This document shows, one piece after another, positions 28,708-39,722 of a stretch of 64,000 nucleotides of DNA. Source of the DNA: Tubulanus polymorphus (Eukaryota > Animalia > Nemertea). The stretch lies in contig NC_134034.1 of assembly GCF_964204645.1 (NCBI RefSeq), forward strand, positions 1,426,072 to 1,490,071, written 5' to 3'. The translations under genes were made by a program, and so were the position numbers. Position 1 is the stretch's first letter, and every line of letters starts with the position of its first letter. The notes under the pieces are model-generated. The model saw only the letters and a list, made by a program, of their open reading frames with translations. It had not been told where the DNA came from and did no database searches.

Positions 28708-29670
28708 AACTGGATCCAGACAGAAATGAAACCCACACAACTGTGGAACTGGATCTAGAGACAAATTAAACCCACGCAACTGTGGAACTGGATTCAGAGT
28801 TAAATTAAACCCACACAACTGTGGAACTGGATTCCGAGTTAAATTAAACCCACACAACTGTGGAACTGGAATCCGAGTTAAATTAAACCCACACAACTGT
28901 GGAACTGGGTCCAGAGTCAAATTAAACCCACACAACTGTGGAACTGGGTTCAGAGTCATATTAGACCCACGCAACTGTGGAACTGGATCTAGAGACAAAT
29001 TAAACCCACACAACTGTGGAACTGGATTCAGAGTTAAATTAAACCCACGCAACTGTGGAACTGGATCCAGAGTCAAATTAAACCCATACAACTGTGGAAC
29101 TGGATCTAGAGACAAATTAAACCCACACAACTGTGGAACTGGATTCAGAGTTAAATTAAACCCACGCAACTGTGGAACTGGATTCAGAGTCAAATTAAAC
29201 CCACACAACTGTGGAACTGGATTCCGAGTTAAATTAAACCCACACAACTGTGGAACTGGATTCAGAGTTTAATTAAACCCACACAACTGTGGAACTGGAT
29301 TCCGAGTTAAATTGGCCACACAACTGTGGAACTGGATTCCGAGTTAAATTAAACCCACACAACTGTGGAACTGGGTTCAGAGTCATATTAGACCCACACA
29401 ACTGTGGAACTCGGTCCAGAGTCAAATTGCACCCACACAACTGTGGAACTCGGTCCAGAGTCAAATTAAACCCACACAACTGTGGAACTGGATTTAGAGT
29501 CGAATTATACCAGCACACTGTGGAACTGGATCGAGAGTCGAATTAAACCCACACAACTGTGGAACTGGATTCAGAGTCGAATTAACCCCACACAGTGGAA
29601 CTCGGCTCAGAGTTATATCAGACCCACACAGTTAATGTGGAACTGGGTCTAGAGTCGAATTAAACCCACA
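28708..29670 (+). repeat. 39-bp minisatellite family, about 24 units
   Basis: Tandem periodicity; 13-aa period in the spurious ORFs. Confidence 0.95.
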
Positions 29671-31219
29671 CCCAAACTCCCACGCTATGCAACTGCTATA
29701 TCCCCAAATTGACCCATCATTTATGAACGTACAGTAATTTTCTGTAAAACTTTAAAAAAAACCCACGAAAGCCGCGACAATTTCGTCAGAAATTTCCCTC
29801 GCGGCATCGCTACCAAACACAGCCGTATCATTTTTATAGCGATTAAGTGAAAAAGAAATGGTCCTACCTTAATTATCGTCAACAACACGGGACGAAGGCG
29901 GTGCTTGAGACGCGGTAGAATCTATCGCGTTTTTAAATCCAAACATGCTGTAATCATCGTCTACGATATGATAATTATGTTATGGTTGTGGTATAGCTAT
30001 GATGATCGTTTGTATTTGTATCGTACGGTAATTCTGCTGACGGCCTGCGGCGGCGGTGGCGGGCGAGTTACACTGAGATACACACTCAGATACATTGCCG
30101 CCGCTTGCGTTTAGTGTCTGCTCACGCGTAGCGACCTGCCTCCCGCTTCGAAATATTATTCAATCAGACAATTAGACCGTTATTTCAAAATCTCGGGCAC
30201 TCGGCCACAAATACTTGACCGTCCCTATTCGTTCGAAATAGTATTCAATTTGGGATGAGTTAGTCGACTATTTGCGCACAAAGTGAAACCGAATGTCAGT
30301 TAGTCGGAAATATAAAATCCGCAACTTCGGACTTATTTCCGAGATGGCCGACTCTGTGAATTTCTTAAGACCGAGCGCGTTCGATTATTAGGACTGACCA
30401 GTTCGCCGTTCAGGAGCGGATCTGGGGTCAGTTTTTTCTCGGAAGGGTGCACCCCCGAAATAGAGCTATCAAATACATCATATTAAAAGGGTACCCCGAA
30501 TGAAAACTAATCGAAAAACAAAAACTCATTTTTGGAAATATAGACAAAAATTATGAATAAGCACTTTAAACAGTTAGATATGTTTCATTGGGCCGTAAAA
30601 TTTGATTTAGGGGTGCGCATTTCCTGCGTCTCCCTGGAGCGTCCCTGCCATGAGTGCATATTCCCTTCGAGCCTATAAACTCAAGGACACATTCCAGCTT
30701 CCATTTTCATTATTAGCGCGCAGGGATTTTCTTCACAACACACTTTCTTTTAAACGGATAGAAAAATGATTCTACGTTGAACAGAAACAGGCAGCCGGCG
30801 CGCGCACGGCGAGCTGTGCGGAGAGTCGACCGACGATCTCTGACGAGATGATGGTTTTATGCGCGGTCGGGAACTCCTACCGTTCTCAACAGGTATTCGC
30901 ACGGGATTCTGAGAGCTACCGACTAAAACAGATCCTATCTCTCTAAACGCATCAACGATGTTTTTAAAAGTGACTCACTCCTTATACTTTTTGTTTTGTT
31001 TTACTCCGCAATATTTTTTTTGTTTTTACGCTATGTGATTATTAGGGGGTGTAAAGGGGTTGCGAGGTACGCAGAAATTATGTTCAAGAGTATGAATGAA
31101 GCCTGTATGTTTAGAAGTAAAGAGCTCACGTTCTACAGATCCACACTTCCACATAGTTCTACAATTCTACAGTACCGCAGTCTCATATTTCTACAGATCA
31201 CTAAGTTTACATTTTTTTC

Positions 31220-31364
31220 TCAGGGCAATCCCCCTATCAGGCTCAGCCCCCGGGGTTTGGCACTGTCCTTCTTATATATGTCTATTTATCTATGCAAATA
31301 TATCCAAAGAAATTATGTTTATAATCTTGTACATATTATAAGTAAATAAATCATTCATTCATTC
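31220..31364 (+). mobile_element. Probable LINE/SINE 3' end with (ATTC)n tail
   Basis: GC-rich segment, then an AT-rich UTR ending AAATAAATCATTCATTCATTC. Confidence 0.4.
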
Positions 31365-32477
31365 AGTTCCACACTTCCATAGTTCTACATGTCCACACTT
31401 CCATAGTTCTACAGGTCCACGGTTCCACAGTTTTACAGTTCCGCATTTCCATCGTTCCACATATTCACGGGTCTACAGTTCAGTTCTACCTATATAAAAT
31501 CGGTTGATTTCTGATGTTCGAACTCTGGAGTCAAATATAAAAACTAATCGTTCCAAAATCAACACCTAAAATCTAAATCGGAATTGTTCAGGTCTGTTTC
31601 AAGCTCGAAGAATAATCAATCAACTTTAGAATCATATTGAACCGTTAGAAATGAAATCGATTAATTACCAATGATTTAATTTAAGTCTAATTTCAACTGA
31701 TTTCTTCGCAATCGGATCCGGACACTCCATAAGTAAAACCCGTATAGATAACCGTTTGAATCTTGAATTGATAATTAGTTCAAGCTCGTGCACCTGACAC
31801 TAACGTCTTAAACTGTGTGAACTGGATCTATGCTGGTATTTTTACTGGCACCCAAACCCTCAGCTGACCCGCGCGGTATTTTAAGAAAAACTTTATCAAG
31901 TTCGTAAACTCTTCTTCGACCCCTCCCGAAGAGTAGATTCCTGTGAGCTAAAAGCTCGCACAAAATATAGAATACACGTTCGGCTACTCCGGTTAAGTGC
32001 CTGCAGTCGAAATCATGGCTGTGACACCTCTGAAATATGTACATTATAATCATTTTTACCCACTATACACAGATTAAAAGTGTTAAAATCGAGAATTTAT
32101 TCAATCAAAAATAAATTAAAACAGACATTCACGAGGTGTCGATCAGACACCAGGGATCGTTATCTGTTGTCACCGAGGCATATTTTTAATTATACTTTCA
32201 TTTTGATAACGTTGACCAAAACCCTTCTCTGAAAACGATTAGAACCCGGTCAACCGTCCTCGACCAACCAATTACATGGCCGTATTTGCCGTTTCTACTT
32301 CGTGTCCGAGCTCTGCCAGTTATAGAAAGAAGCCGGGACGCTCTTAAACCTACGCCTCAACCACTTCGAGCCACGGAGGATTGATACAGAAGCCTGTATT
32401 TCATAAGCTATAGTTTTGGTCGGGTGGTCACCATTATAGTCATCATTGTGTGTATTATCTGCGACATGAATGTCATT

Positions 32478-32642
32478 ATCTACAGATTAAAATAATTTAA
32501 AACCAAGAATTTATTTATTCAATCTAAAATATATAGAATACACGACGTAGAAGACTGTTGTATCAAAGTTAACGTCGTGTCTTCTATATATTTAAGATTG
32601 AATAAATAAATTCTTGTTTTTAAATTCTTTTAATCTGTAGAT
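32478..32642. mobile_element. Foldback/MITE-like inverted repeat, 71-bp arms with a 23-bp spacer
   Basis: 32478-32548 and the reverse complement of 32572-32642 differ at 4 of 71 positions. A related half-copy lies at about 32057-32110. Confidence 0.75.
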
Positions 32643-33649
32643 AGTGGGTTTTTATCTAATTATCCGTTCACCACGTTTGAGTGTGGTTACCGTTCGATGA
32701 ATGTCATTTTTTTACGAATGGTTTCGAACGAATAATGATTTTAGGGTGTATGATGTTTCTATGTTTGACCCGGTTCTATAAGTCAGTTAGATCTACGCGT
32801 CGAGTAGAACGCGTCGCAACTCCGGTTTCTAACCTTACACGTGTAGATCATGTTCAAGATGAAAAATCCTTTCAGACCGCGCATCATCAGATAGTTCAGA
32901 TAGTTCAGTTTTTGATAGTTCTGGTCTAGAACCAGTTCATTGCTTGTACGACGGAAGGTCACGCTGTTGAAGGCTCTGTGGACTCAATTGTGTACACGAG
33001 CATTTCACTATGAATGCAGCATATCATTAACAGGATAAACTCTGATTAATTTCTGAATATCCTTCAACCTATTATGACATGGAATTCTTAAGTCACATGC
33101 TTGTCCAATTAATAGGATAGGGATACATTTTCCTACTCGGAAATGCTGTAAAATGCGTCTAACGCGATTTTTCATAGGCGACGTCTTTTAAATTCCTTAT
33201 TGTCTTCGCCAAGGCTTTTAGATAAAAATGCCCCTGAAATGTATATCAAGACCTTCAGAAGTAGATGATAGACCTTGGACCCGCTCTACTGCTTCTGACA
33301 GTTCGCGCCCGAGAAATCAATTACTTTTGATTATTTTGTAAATTCTCGTCACGATTTTCAGTCGCGTTCGGTCTTTAATTATCGGCCCTAAATCGGATCT
33401 TAGCGACAGTAAATCAGATATTTCGCCCCACTGACAGCCGGAATGGCTATCAACAAGCTGGTTATTTATTAACGCGAAGGATCTGCCGCCACACGACCGC
33501 GGCTCAGTCCCGCTTTTCATATATTTCCCCTTACACGATATATAAAACATAATTACCGATTTTACACAACACCCCCGGGATTCAGATTATGGAAATACAT
33601 ATTGAACTTTTACAAACGGCACGATCCGCGAAGAGAGGAAGTTAATTCG

Positions 33650-33965
33650 TGGTTATTTGATGATGTCATAGGGGGATTCATGGCGTGAGCTATCCTTATC
33701 TAGAAGTGTCTGTAGATCAAATCACTCGAAGACAATTCGATGATGTCAGAGGGGATTTATGGAGGCAGCCATCTTTCGCCGAAGGGCCTAAACACTAATA
33801 GGACTAGTAGGTTATTTGATGATGTCATATGGGGATTCGTGGAGTCAGCCATCTTTTCTAGAAGAGTTTAAATAGATCATCACGGGCTGATTTCTGCGGG
33901 TAACTATCTTTACTAAAAGGGTCTATTCAAGTAGTAAGTAATTCGATGACGTCATAGGGGGATTA
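33650..33965 (+). repeat. 79-bp family cluster
   Basis: About 4 degenerate units. Confidence 0.85.
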
Positions 33966-34604
33966 TCAATTAAATCTCTTGAAAGGATCAAGGATACTTA
34001 TCTCCAATGCTGTTGCTAATTAAGGGAATTTAATTACAGTTCTGGCGTCGCCAATGAGTGATGAATATCGAAAACCTCGATTGTTGACCTCTAAATGACC
34101 TCTAGAGGTTGACCTCCATATGACTTCGCTTCCGACTCATTTCCGGTAACAGACTTGTGACAGAGATGACAAAAAGGCGACTCGGATTCTTTCGTTCCGA
34201 ATTATCAATGGAGGCATTGTTTTTTATCAAGCCCAGGGGGGACCGTTTCGTAAAATTCGTCATCTGAAAATTAGATGCAACTCCCTCTCCCTCTCCCTGC
34301 GTCGATCGCTGCGTCATTCAAAAAGTAAGAGTCACAAAACATGAACGGCTGCAAGGAAGATACCATTCTCTCCCGACGGGAGTTAGGGAAAGTGCTTAAT
34401 TGACATTCTTTCGACGAAGTGACATTGCGTACAAGGACAACGCAGCGAAACCCCGGTGCTAACACGCCTCAGGGCTGTTTTATGCGCGCGATTGAAGGTC
34501 CCGGGACGCCGATAATGACTCGATGACAAAAACGTGCGCGCAACCAAAATGAACTTAATGCCGACAATGAGGTATGTATATAGACGAGGAGAAATAACCT
34601 GTAC

Positions 34605-34642
34605 GCCTGATGATGGCTAACAATTGTTAGCCGAAACGTCGC
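34605..34642 (+). ncRNA. Solitary minimal hammerhead ribozyme motif (Penelope-like element type)
   Basis: gc-CTGATGA-T-GGCTAAC-AATT-GTTAGCC-GAAA-CG-TC-gc. Perfect core, 7-bp stem II, ACGU palindrome and GUC triplet; stem I is short. Confidence 0.65.
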
Positions 34643-34737
34643 TCCTCAAATACAATCATTCTGATATAGAATCTTGGCTTCGTGATTGTGGGAATTCTCG
34701 CGACGAGCTATGTATATGTTAGCACATCAGTACACGC

Positions 34738-34925
34738 GCCAGTTCCACATTTGCGCGGGTTTCATTTTTTACCCTGGATCCAGTTCCACATTTGCGTGTA
34801 TTCGATTCAACTCTGGATCCAGTTCCACATTTGCGTGTATTCGATTCAACTCTGGATCCAGTTCCACAGTTTGCGAAGGTTTTATTTGACTCTAGACGCG
34901 GTTTCACCTACAGTCGTGTGGGTTT
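34738..34925 (-). repeat. 39-bp minisatellite family, about 5 degenerate units
   Basis: GGATCCAGTTCCACA units. Confidence 0.85.
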
Positions 34926-35180
34926 AATATTAGATTAATATTACCATGTTCTGCTGATTACGCACTAATTGATTGATTTTATTTTCATAGAACATTGTTT
35001 AGTATAATAATATCTTACAAAATACCACAATGAACGATGAACTATGAAGGACTCGTCCAGAGCCTGAAGGCTGTAGCTCTGAACTGAGTGGACGAGCCCC
35101 GGTGACTATGAAACTAACGAAATGTAACTGGAAATATCCAAATTTCACCAAATTGACCAATGTGGTCCGATAAAGGCAGA

Positions 35181-35449
35181 CGTGATATTAGCCACGATCA
35201 CTAGCCCGATCAGGCTCGGGCCAAATTTGGTAATTAGAGAACGCATTCACACGTAAACCATTCACTCGGTACTAAACAATGCTCAAACAAAGCTGAGTGG
35301 ATCATTTCCGGTGCCAGTTGCAATTCAAACGCAATCATTTGTCTGGTGCTTAAATTTGGCTCGGGCCTAACAGGCTCGGGCCCATTTGGCACCCGTGTGA
35401 ACAGTTGTTCCGGGCCAAATTTGCACGTGTGATCGCGGCTATTATCACG
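35181..35449. mobile_element. MITE-like element with 21-bp inverted ends upstream of the MATE gene
   Basis: CGTGATATTAGCCACGATCAC ... GTGATCGCGGCTATTATCACG (2 mismatches). Internal repeats of GGCTCGGGCC(A)AATTTG and the pair TTCACACG/CGTGTGAA. Confidence 0.55.
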
Positions 35450-35945
35450 AGCTTTCACTTCATTCAGGGATGAACCTTTTAAACAGCCGCTATATGCTCG
35501 CAATACTCATTTTTTTTATGCTAATCGATATTAGTATATATTAGGATAGATTTCAGCGATCTCAAATCCCTTTCAATATGACGCACGCCTTGCATTTCAT
35601 TCAACATCTATAACGATTTAGATACGTTTATCGTTGAGCCGCGTGGGCTCAGTTGCACTTTCAGCAGCTGAAATTCAATTCTCGTTCAACTGGGCGGTTT
35701 TTTCTCAGTCCACCCGAAGATCTGTCATGACTCGCGTGTTAAAAGGCTATACAAATTTACGTATCGTTAATCGCCTGGTTACCGTCGATCTAATCTGGGT
35801 TTATATACCTGTTGGTCGCTCGCGTATGAAATCGCAACCTGTTCGTATTGTAGTGAGCCTATACGGTCGTCGTTTGGTGTCGATTCCGCCGAATTCGGGA
35901 GAGAATAACACATTTTGCCGCAACATCGAGCGACGGCAAGTAGAA

Positions 35946-37397
35946 ATGAAATCACTTCCGGATTGGTTACGCGAGGAATTGCGGTTCTTTTTCGTGACGT
36001 CGTGGCCGATATTGACTGTTCCGATTCTGACCCAGTTGCCCTACTTGATTTGTACGATCATCGTCGCGCAATCGAATCTGATCTCGCAAGCCGCCTTCTC
36101 TCTGATAGACACGCTTAACGGACCCATATACTCGGCTGGTATAGGCATGGCGATGGGTATCGAAGGACTATTCTCGCAAGCTTTCGGCGCCAAAAACTAT
36201 CATTATTTACGGTTGTTGCTACAGAGAGGTTTGTTGATACTGATTTGTAGCGGTTTGTTGTTGATGCCGCTAAATTTCACAGCCGACAAAATATTCATAC
36301 TTCTCGGACAAAATGCAACCGTCGCAGAGGAAGCTGGAAAGATGCTGATGGTGCTGTCGCCCGATAACATCTTTTTGTTTGCGTTGAACGTTTTTTCGCG
36401 TTTTCTAATGTGTCAGGATATTGTTTTACCGGTGGTTATTGTAGCACTATTCAACAACGCTCTCATCGCGGTAATCTGTTACGTCACTGTGATTGTCCTA
36501 CGTTTCGCCAGTCTAGGGGCGGCCGTCGCTTTACTTGTGTACTTTTTCATCGGCGCAGTTTTCATGGCTATTGCATCATCCGTGTTTAACAAAGACACTG
36601 TCGCGATATACAGAATTAATACGGATATATTTAAGAATCTATGGGACGTCGCTAGTATGGCTCTCGGCTCAGCAGTATCGGTAATGTGTAGTTCAATAGC
36701 TCTTACAGTAGGTATCATTTTGACCGGTACTTTTGGAGTGGTCGAACTTGTAACATTGAGCGTCTCGTTGCAAGTAATTTACATCAACCTGAATATATAT
36801 TTTGGTATAGCGGAAGCGTGTTGTATGAGAGTCGGTTTCCTGTTATCGTCCAGGGACGGTCCCGCGGCCAAACGAGCTTTGTTCTTGTATCAGGGTATTT
36901 CGATGATAGTCGCTGTAGTTATCGGTGTTTTAATCTGTTCGCTTCACGTTGTTTTAGCTCGCGGACTCGCTAGCGATAGTTCGGTCGAAACCAAACTGAA
37001 ATTCATGTTACCGTACGTCGGGTCAACTTTGCCGCTTTTCGCTGTAGATGTGATATTCAATGCCGCAATTCGAGGATGCGCTAAAATAGCCATAATAACT
37101 AACACGTCTTTCGTAACTTTAACAATAGGAACATCGTTAGGATTGATTCTGTTATATTTTACACAGTTAGGTGCTATTAGTGTGATAATAGGATACCAGA
37201 GTATGAGCGTTCTAAATGCGTTAGTATTCGTACCGTACGCCTTATTCGTTCTAGATTGGGACGAACAATCCGGACTAGCGCGCCAAAGAACCGCCGACGA
37301 TCTGAAGTTGATCCGAGACGGAATCGAAAATGGAGAATTGGACTACAGTACGTTCGAGTTAACAAAAAGCGCCACCTTGAGACAAGACTCGACATAA
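35946..37397 (+). CDS. Intronless MATE family (SLC47A/MATE1-like) multidrug and toxin extrusion transporter, about 483 aa from the probable ATG
   Basis: Only long non-repetitive ORF (35634-37397). From ATG 35946 (MKSLPDWLREELRFFFVTSWP) it has about 12 hydrophobic segments and animal MATE-like motifs: LFSQAFGAKNY..LLLQRG, LLGQNATVAEEAG, GTFGVVEL, CMRVGFLL, AAIRGCAK and WDEQS..AR. AATAAA lies at 37410-37415. The upstream 104 codons (non-ATG start) show no MATE-like character. Confidence 0.9.
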   Translation: MKSLPDWLREELRFFFVTSWPILTVPILTQLPYLICTIIVAQSNLISQAAFSLIDTLNGPIYSAGIGMAMGIEGLFSQAFGAKNYHYLRLLLQRGLLILICSGLLLMPLNFTADKIFILLGQNATVAEEAGKMLMVLSPDNIFLFALNVFSRFLMCQDIVLPVVIVALFNNALIAVICYVTVIVLRFASLGAAVALLVYFFIGAVFMAIASSVFNKDTVAIYRINTDIFKNLWDVASMALGSAVSVMCSSIALTVGIILTGTFGVVELVTLSVSLQVIYINLNIYFGIAEACCMRVGFLLSSRDGPAAKRALFLYQGISMIVAVVIGVLICSLHVVLARGLASDSSVETKLKFMLPYVGSTLPLFAVDVIFNAAIRGCAKIAIITNTSFVTLTIGTSLGLILLYFTQLGAISVIIGYQSMSVLNALVFVPYALFVLDWDEQSGLARQRTADDLKLIRDGIENGELDYSTFELTKSATLRQDST

Positions 37398-37969
37398 CTA
37401 ATTGAAAATAATAAAACAGAAAAATGTGTAATGACCAAGGTATCTGTTCGACTTCTAATGCGCAGTTTCTACGTGTATCGTGTCTCGGTTTCGATAATTT
37501 ATTCTCGTAAAAGATAAATTTCTCCATTTTTCCAAACAGAAATGACAGTTTTGATGTTCATATTTCACCGCTTTACCCACGTTTCATTACGCGTGATGCA
37601 AAGCCTACGACATCTGTTCCAACCTATTGAGGTTAATCTTATTTATGACTTTTATTGAACATATGAACATTAATAAAATTGTCACATCATCAAGTTTTTC
37701 TATTCAATCAGTCATACTTTCCATTCAGCCCGTGCAGGCATTCAGAGTTTTTCGAGGTGCCTTTTTATCTATTGGAAACCTTTCAGATCGCGTATCAGAC
37801 TTCCAGTTTTCCTTAGACTTGCAATTATTTTCTAGGGTGAGTGACCGCTATATCCAACCTCCTATAGCCTTCGCTCTCTTAGCTCGCTTGGTTGCTCGAA
37901 TCGCAATCGACGCGTCAGCTGACTGTCCGATTTTAGAAGGCAGTTACAAAACTTGTATCGCTCCTGTCT

Positions 37970-38130
37970 AGATAAGATAAGATAAGATAAGATATTTATT
38001 TCACTCCAACCATAAGAGTGGTATCGTGGAGGCAAGATTGAATACAAAATATGAAATATAATAATCTACAAAACGTGAACAGAATTATATACATATATAC
38101 AAAACAAGATAGGAATTAACAAAATTTAAA
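37970..38130 (-). mobile_element. LINE 3' end with (TCTTA)n tail, same family as 2920-3245
   Basis: Minus strand CCTCCACGATACCACTCTTATGGTTGGAGTGAAATAAATATCTTATCTTATC aligns with 3208-3245. A similar tail occurs at about 49021-49085 and a related fragment at about 39380-39402. Confidence 0.6.
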
Positions 38131-38651
38131 GCTGCTGCACACTAGCGACACCTATTAACGCAGTTAGCATTTACTGGGTTCTCGTTAAAATGTAAAGGAA
38201 ATTGAAACCGCGGTGAAAGGGAGATCGGGATGGTTGAAGGAACCTTTTCCTCATTTCCCCTGATCTGAATAATCGTTATATCACCTGAGACAAGTTTTCT
38301 TCATTTCATCTGCAACGAACGTGTTTTCATTTCAAGGGGAGAAGAAAATACCGACGCGCAGTTCGCGCACACACGCACACACACGCGCACGCACACGCAC
38401 ACACGCGAATAGAGCTAGCTGAGATGAGCGAAATGAGACTCGTTGAATCGGGCCAAGTAGACGCTGATTGCCGCACACAGAAAACACTTCGAAATACCAT
38501 TAATCTTCGGTAAATCGTAGCTCGATCCTGGCAACCTCCTCTCCTCTCGTCTGTGGAGAATACGTCAATCATCATTCAAACCAATAAACAATCGTATAAC
38601 AACAACAACATGTGTTAAACCGATCGATAATTCGGCTGTCGGAAAAACAGT

Positions 38652-38853
38652 TCTCTCCCTCTCCCTGTCTCTCTCCCTCTCCTGGCTCTCCCTCTCCTGG
38701 CTCTCCTGGTTCTCCCTCTCCTGGCTCTCCCTCTCCCTCTCCTGGCTCTCCCTCTCCCTCTCCTGGCTCTCCCTCTCCCTCTCCTGGCTCTCCCTCTCCC
38801 TCTCCTGGCTCTCCCTCTCCCTCTCCTGGCTCTCCCTCTCCCTCTCCCTCTCC
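38652..38853 (+). repeat. CTCCCT/CTCCTGG polypyrimidine repeat (21-bp period); related tract at 49934-50290
   Basis: Direct reading. Confidence 0.9.
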
Positions 38854-39650
38854 GACTGGTGGAGATGGTCTTTACGGGCTACACCAGAAATATCTATATA
38901 AAAAAAACTGAACGTCTTATCGGCCCAATTCCGCAACGTTGTATTCTAAGGCCACGTTGTTTACACCGCGGTCGGGAAATCATGTTTATAACACGAGAAT
39001 CGTCGCGGCAGCAAAAGAAATAAAAGTACGGCGGGGAATCTTTGCGGCTGAGAACAGAAAGAGTCGAGTAAAGGTCTGAAGTTTGAATGTTTCGTTGTGA
39101 TTAATGATCAAATCGCACCGGTACCCGAGGTTGTAATACTATTAGATACGCACGGAGTAAACATCGCTGATGTTTGACTTCGTGTCGACTTCAGCTGCAA
39201 CCGAAGTGTACCCAGGTAAACCTGAGCACGCGTTTTAGGGAACACACATCCACAGATGCCGAATATCCACCACCAGATGTCGTAACGAGCAGTCGGTCTT
39301 AAGCTAAAAAAACGTTTGTTATGTTTTTATGATATTTCTGTCAATCTTTTTTTTTTGATTGATTATAAATACTCATTTTCCTCCATGTACCTTGGAAATG
39401 GTAACTCCGGAGAAACCGAATTCCGCCACCAGATGGCGTAACGAGCAGTCGGTCTTAAGCTAAATAACGTTTGTTGTGGTTTAAGATGATATCATTTCCT
39501 GTTCTTACGATCTCTATTTTCCCTCCAAACACGGCATTATTCATTCGACCATTGTTCATAGGCCGCGGTCCGGTCGTCGGGATAAACTTAATCTTGTTGG
39601 AAACTAAAACGAAATTTAATTTATTCAATGGTTTTTTGAACAAAAGTAAT

Positions 39651-39722
39651 CTCCCCGGCCGGGAATCGAACCCGGGTCTCGCACGTGACAGGCGCGGATA
39701 CTCACCACTATACTACCGAGGA
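39651..39722 (-). tRNA. tRNA-Asp(GTC), identical to the copy at 13925
   Basis: The reverse complement is the same 72-mer. A T4 run lies 5 nt downstream on the minus strand. Confidence 0.97.

Noticed and set aside
30411-30647. Possible CAGG.GCGGATC...CCTG MITE (similar ends at about 20833-21100 and 27027)
   Set aside because: The termini are too degenerate to define TIRs or a TSD by eye.
35634-35945. 104-aa N-terminal extension of the MATE ORF
   Set aside because: It starts at TTG and has no MATE similarity. It is probably 5' UTR/promoter, though in-frame ATGs at about 35728 and 35826 cannot be excluded.
37787-37843. Possible small exon (tttcag...GTGAGT)
   Set aside because: Splice-like signals only, with no homology or partner exons. 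Small exons of a large host gene cannot be excluded without RNA-seq.
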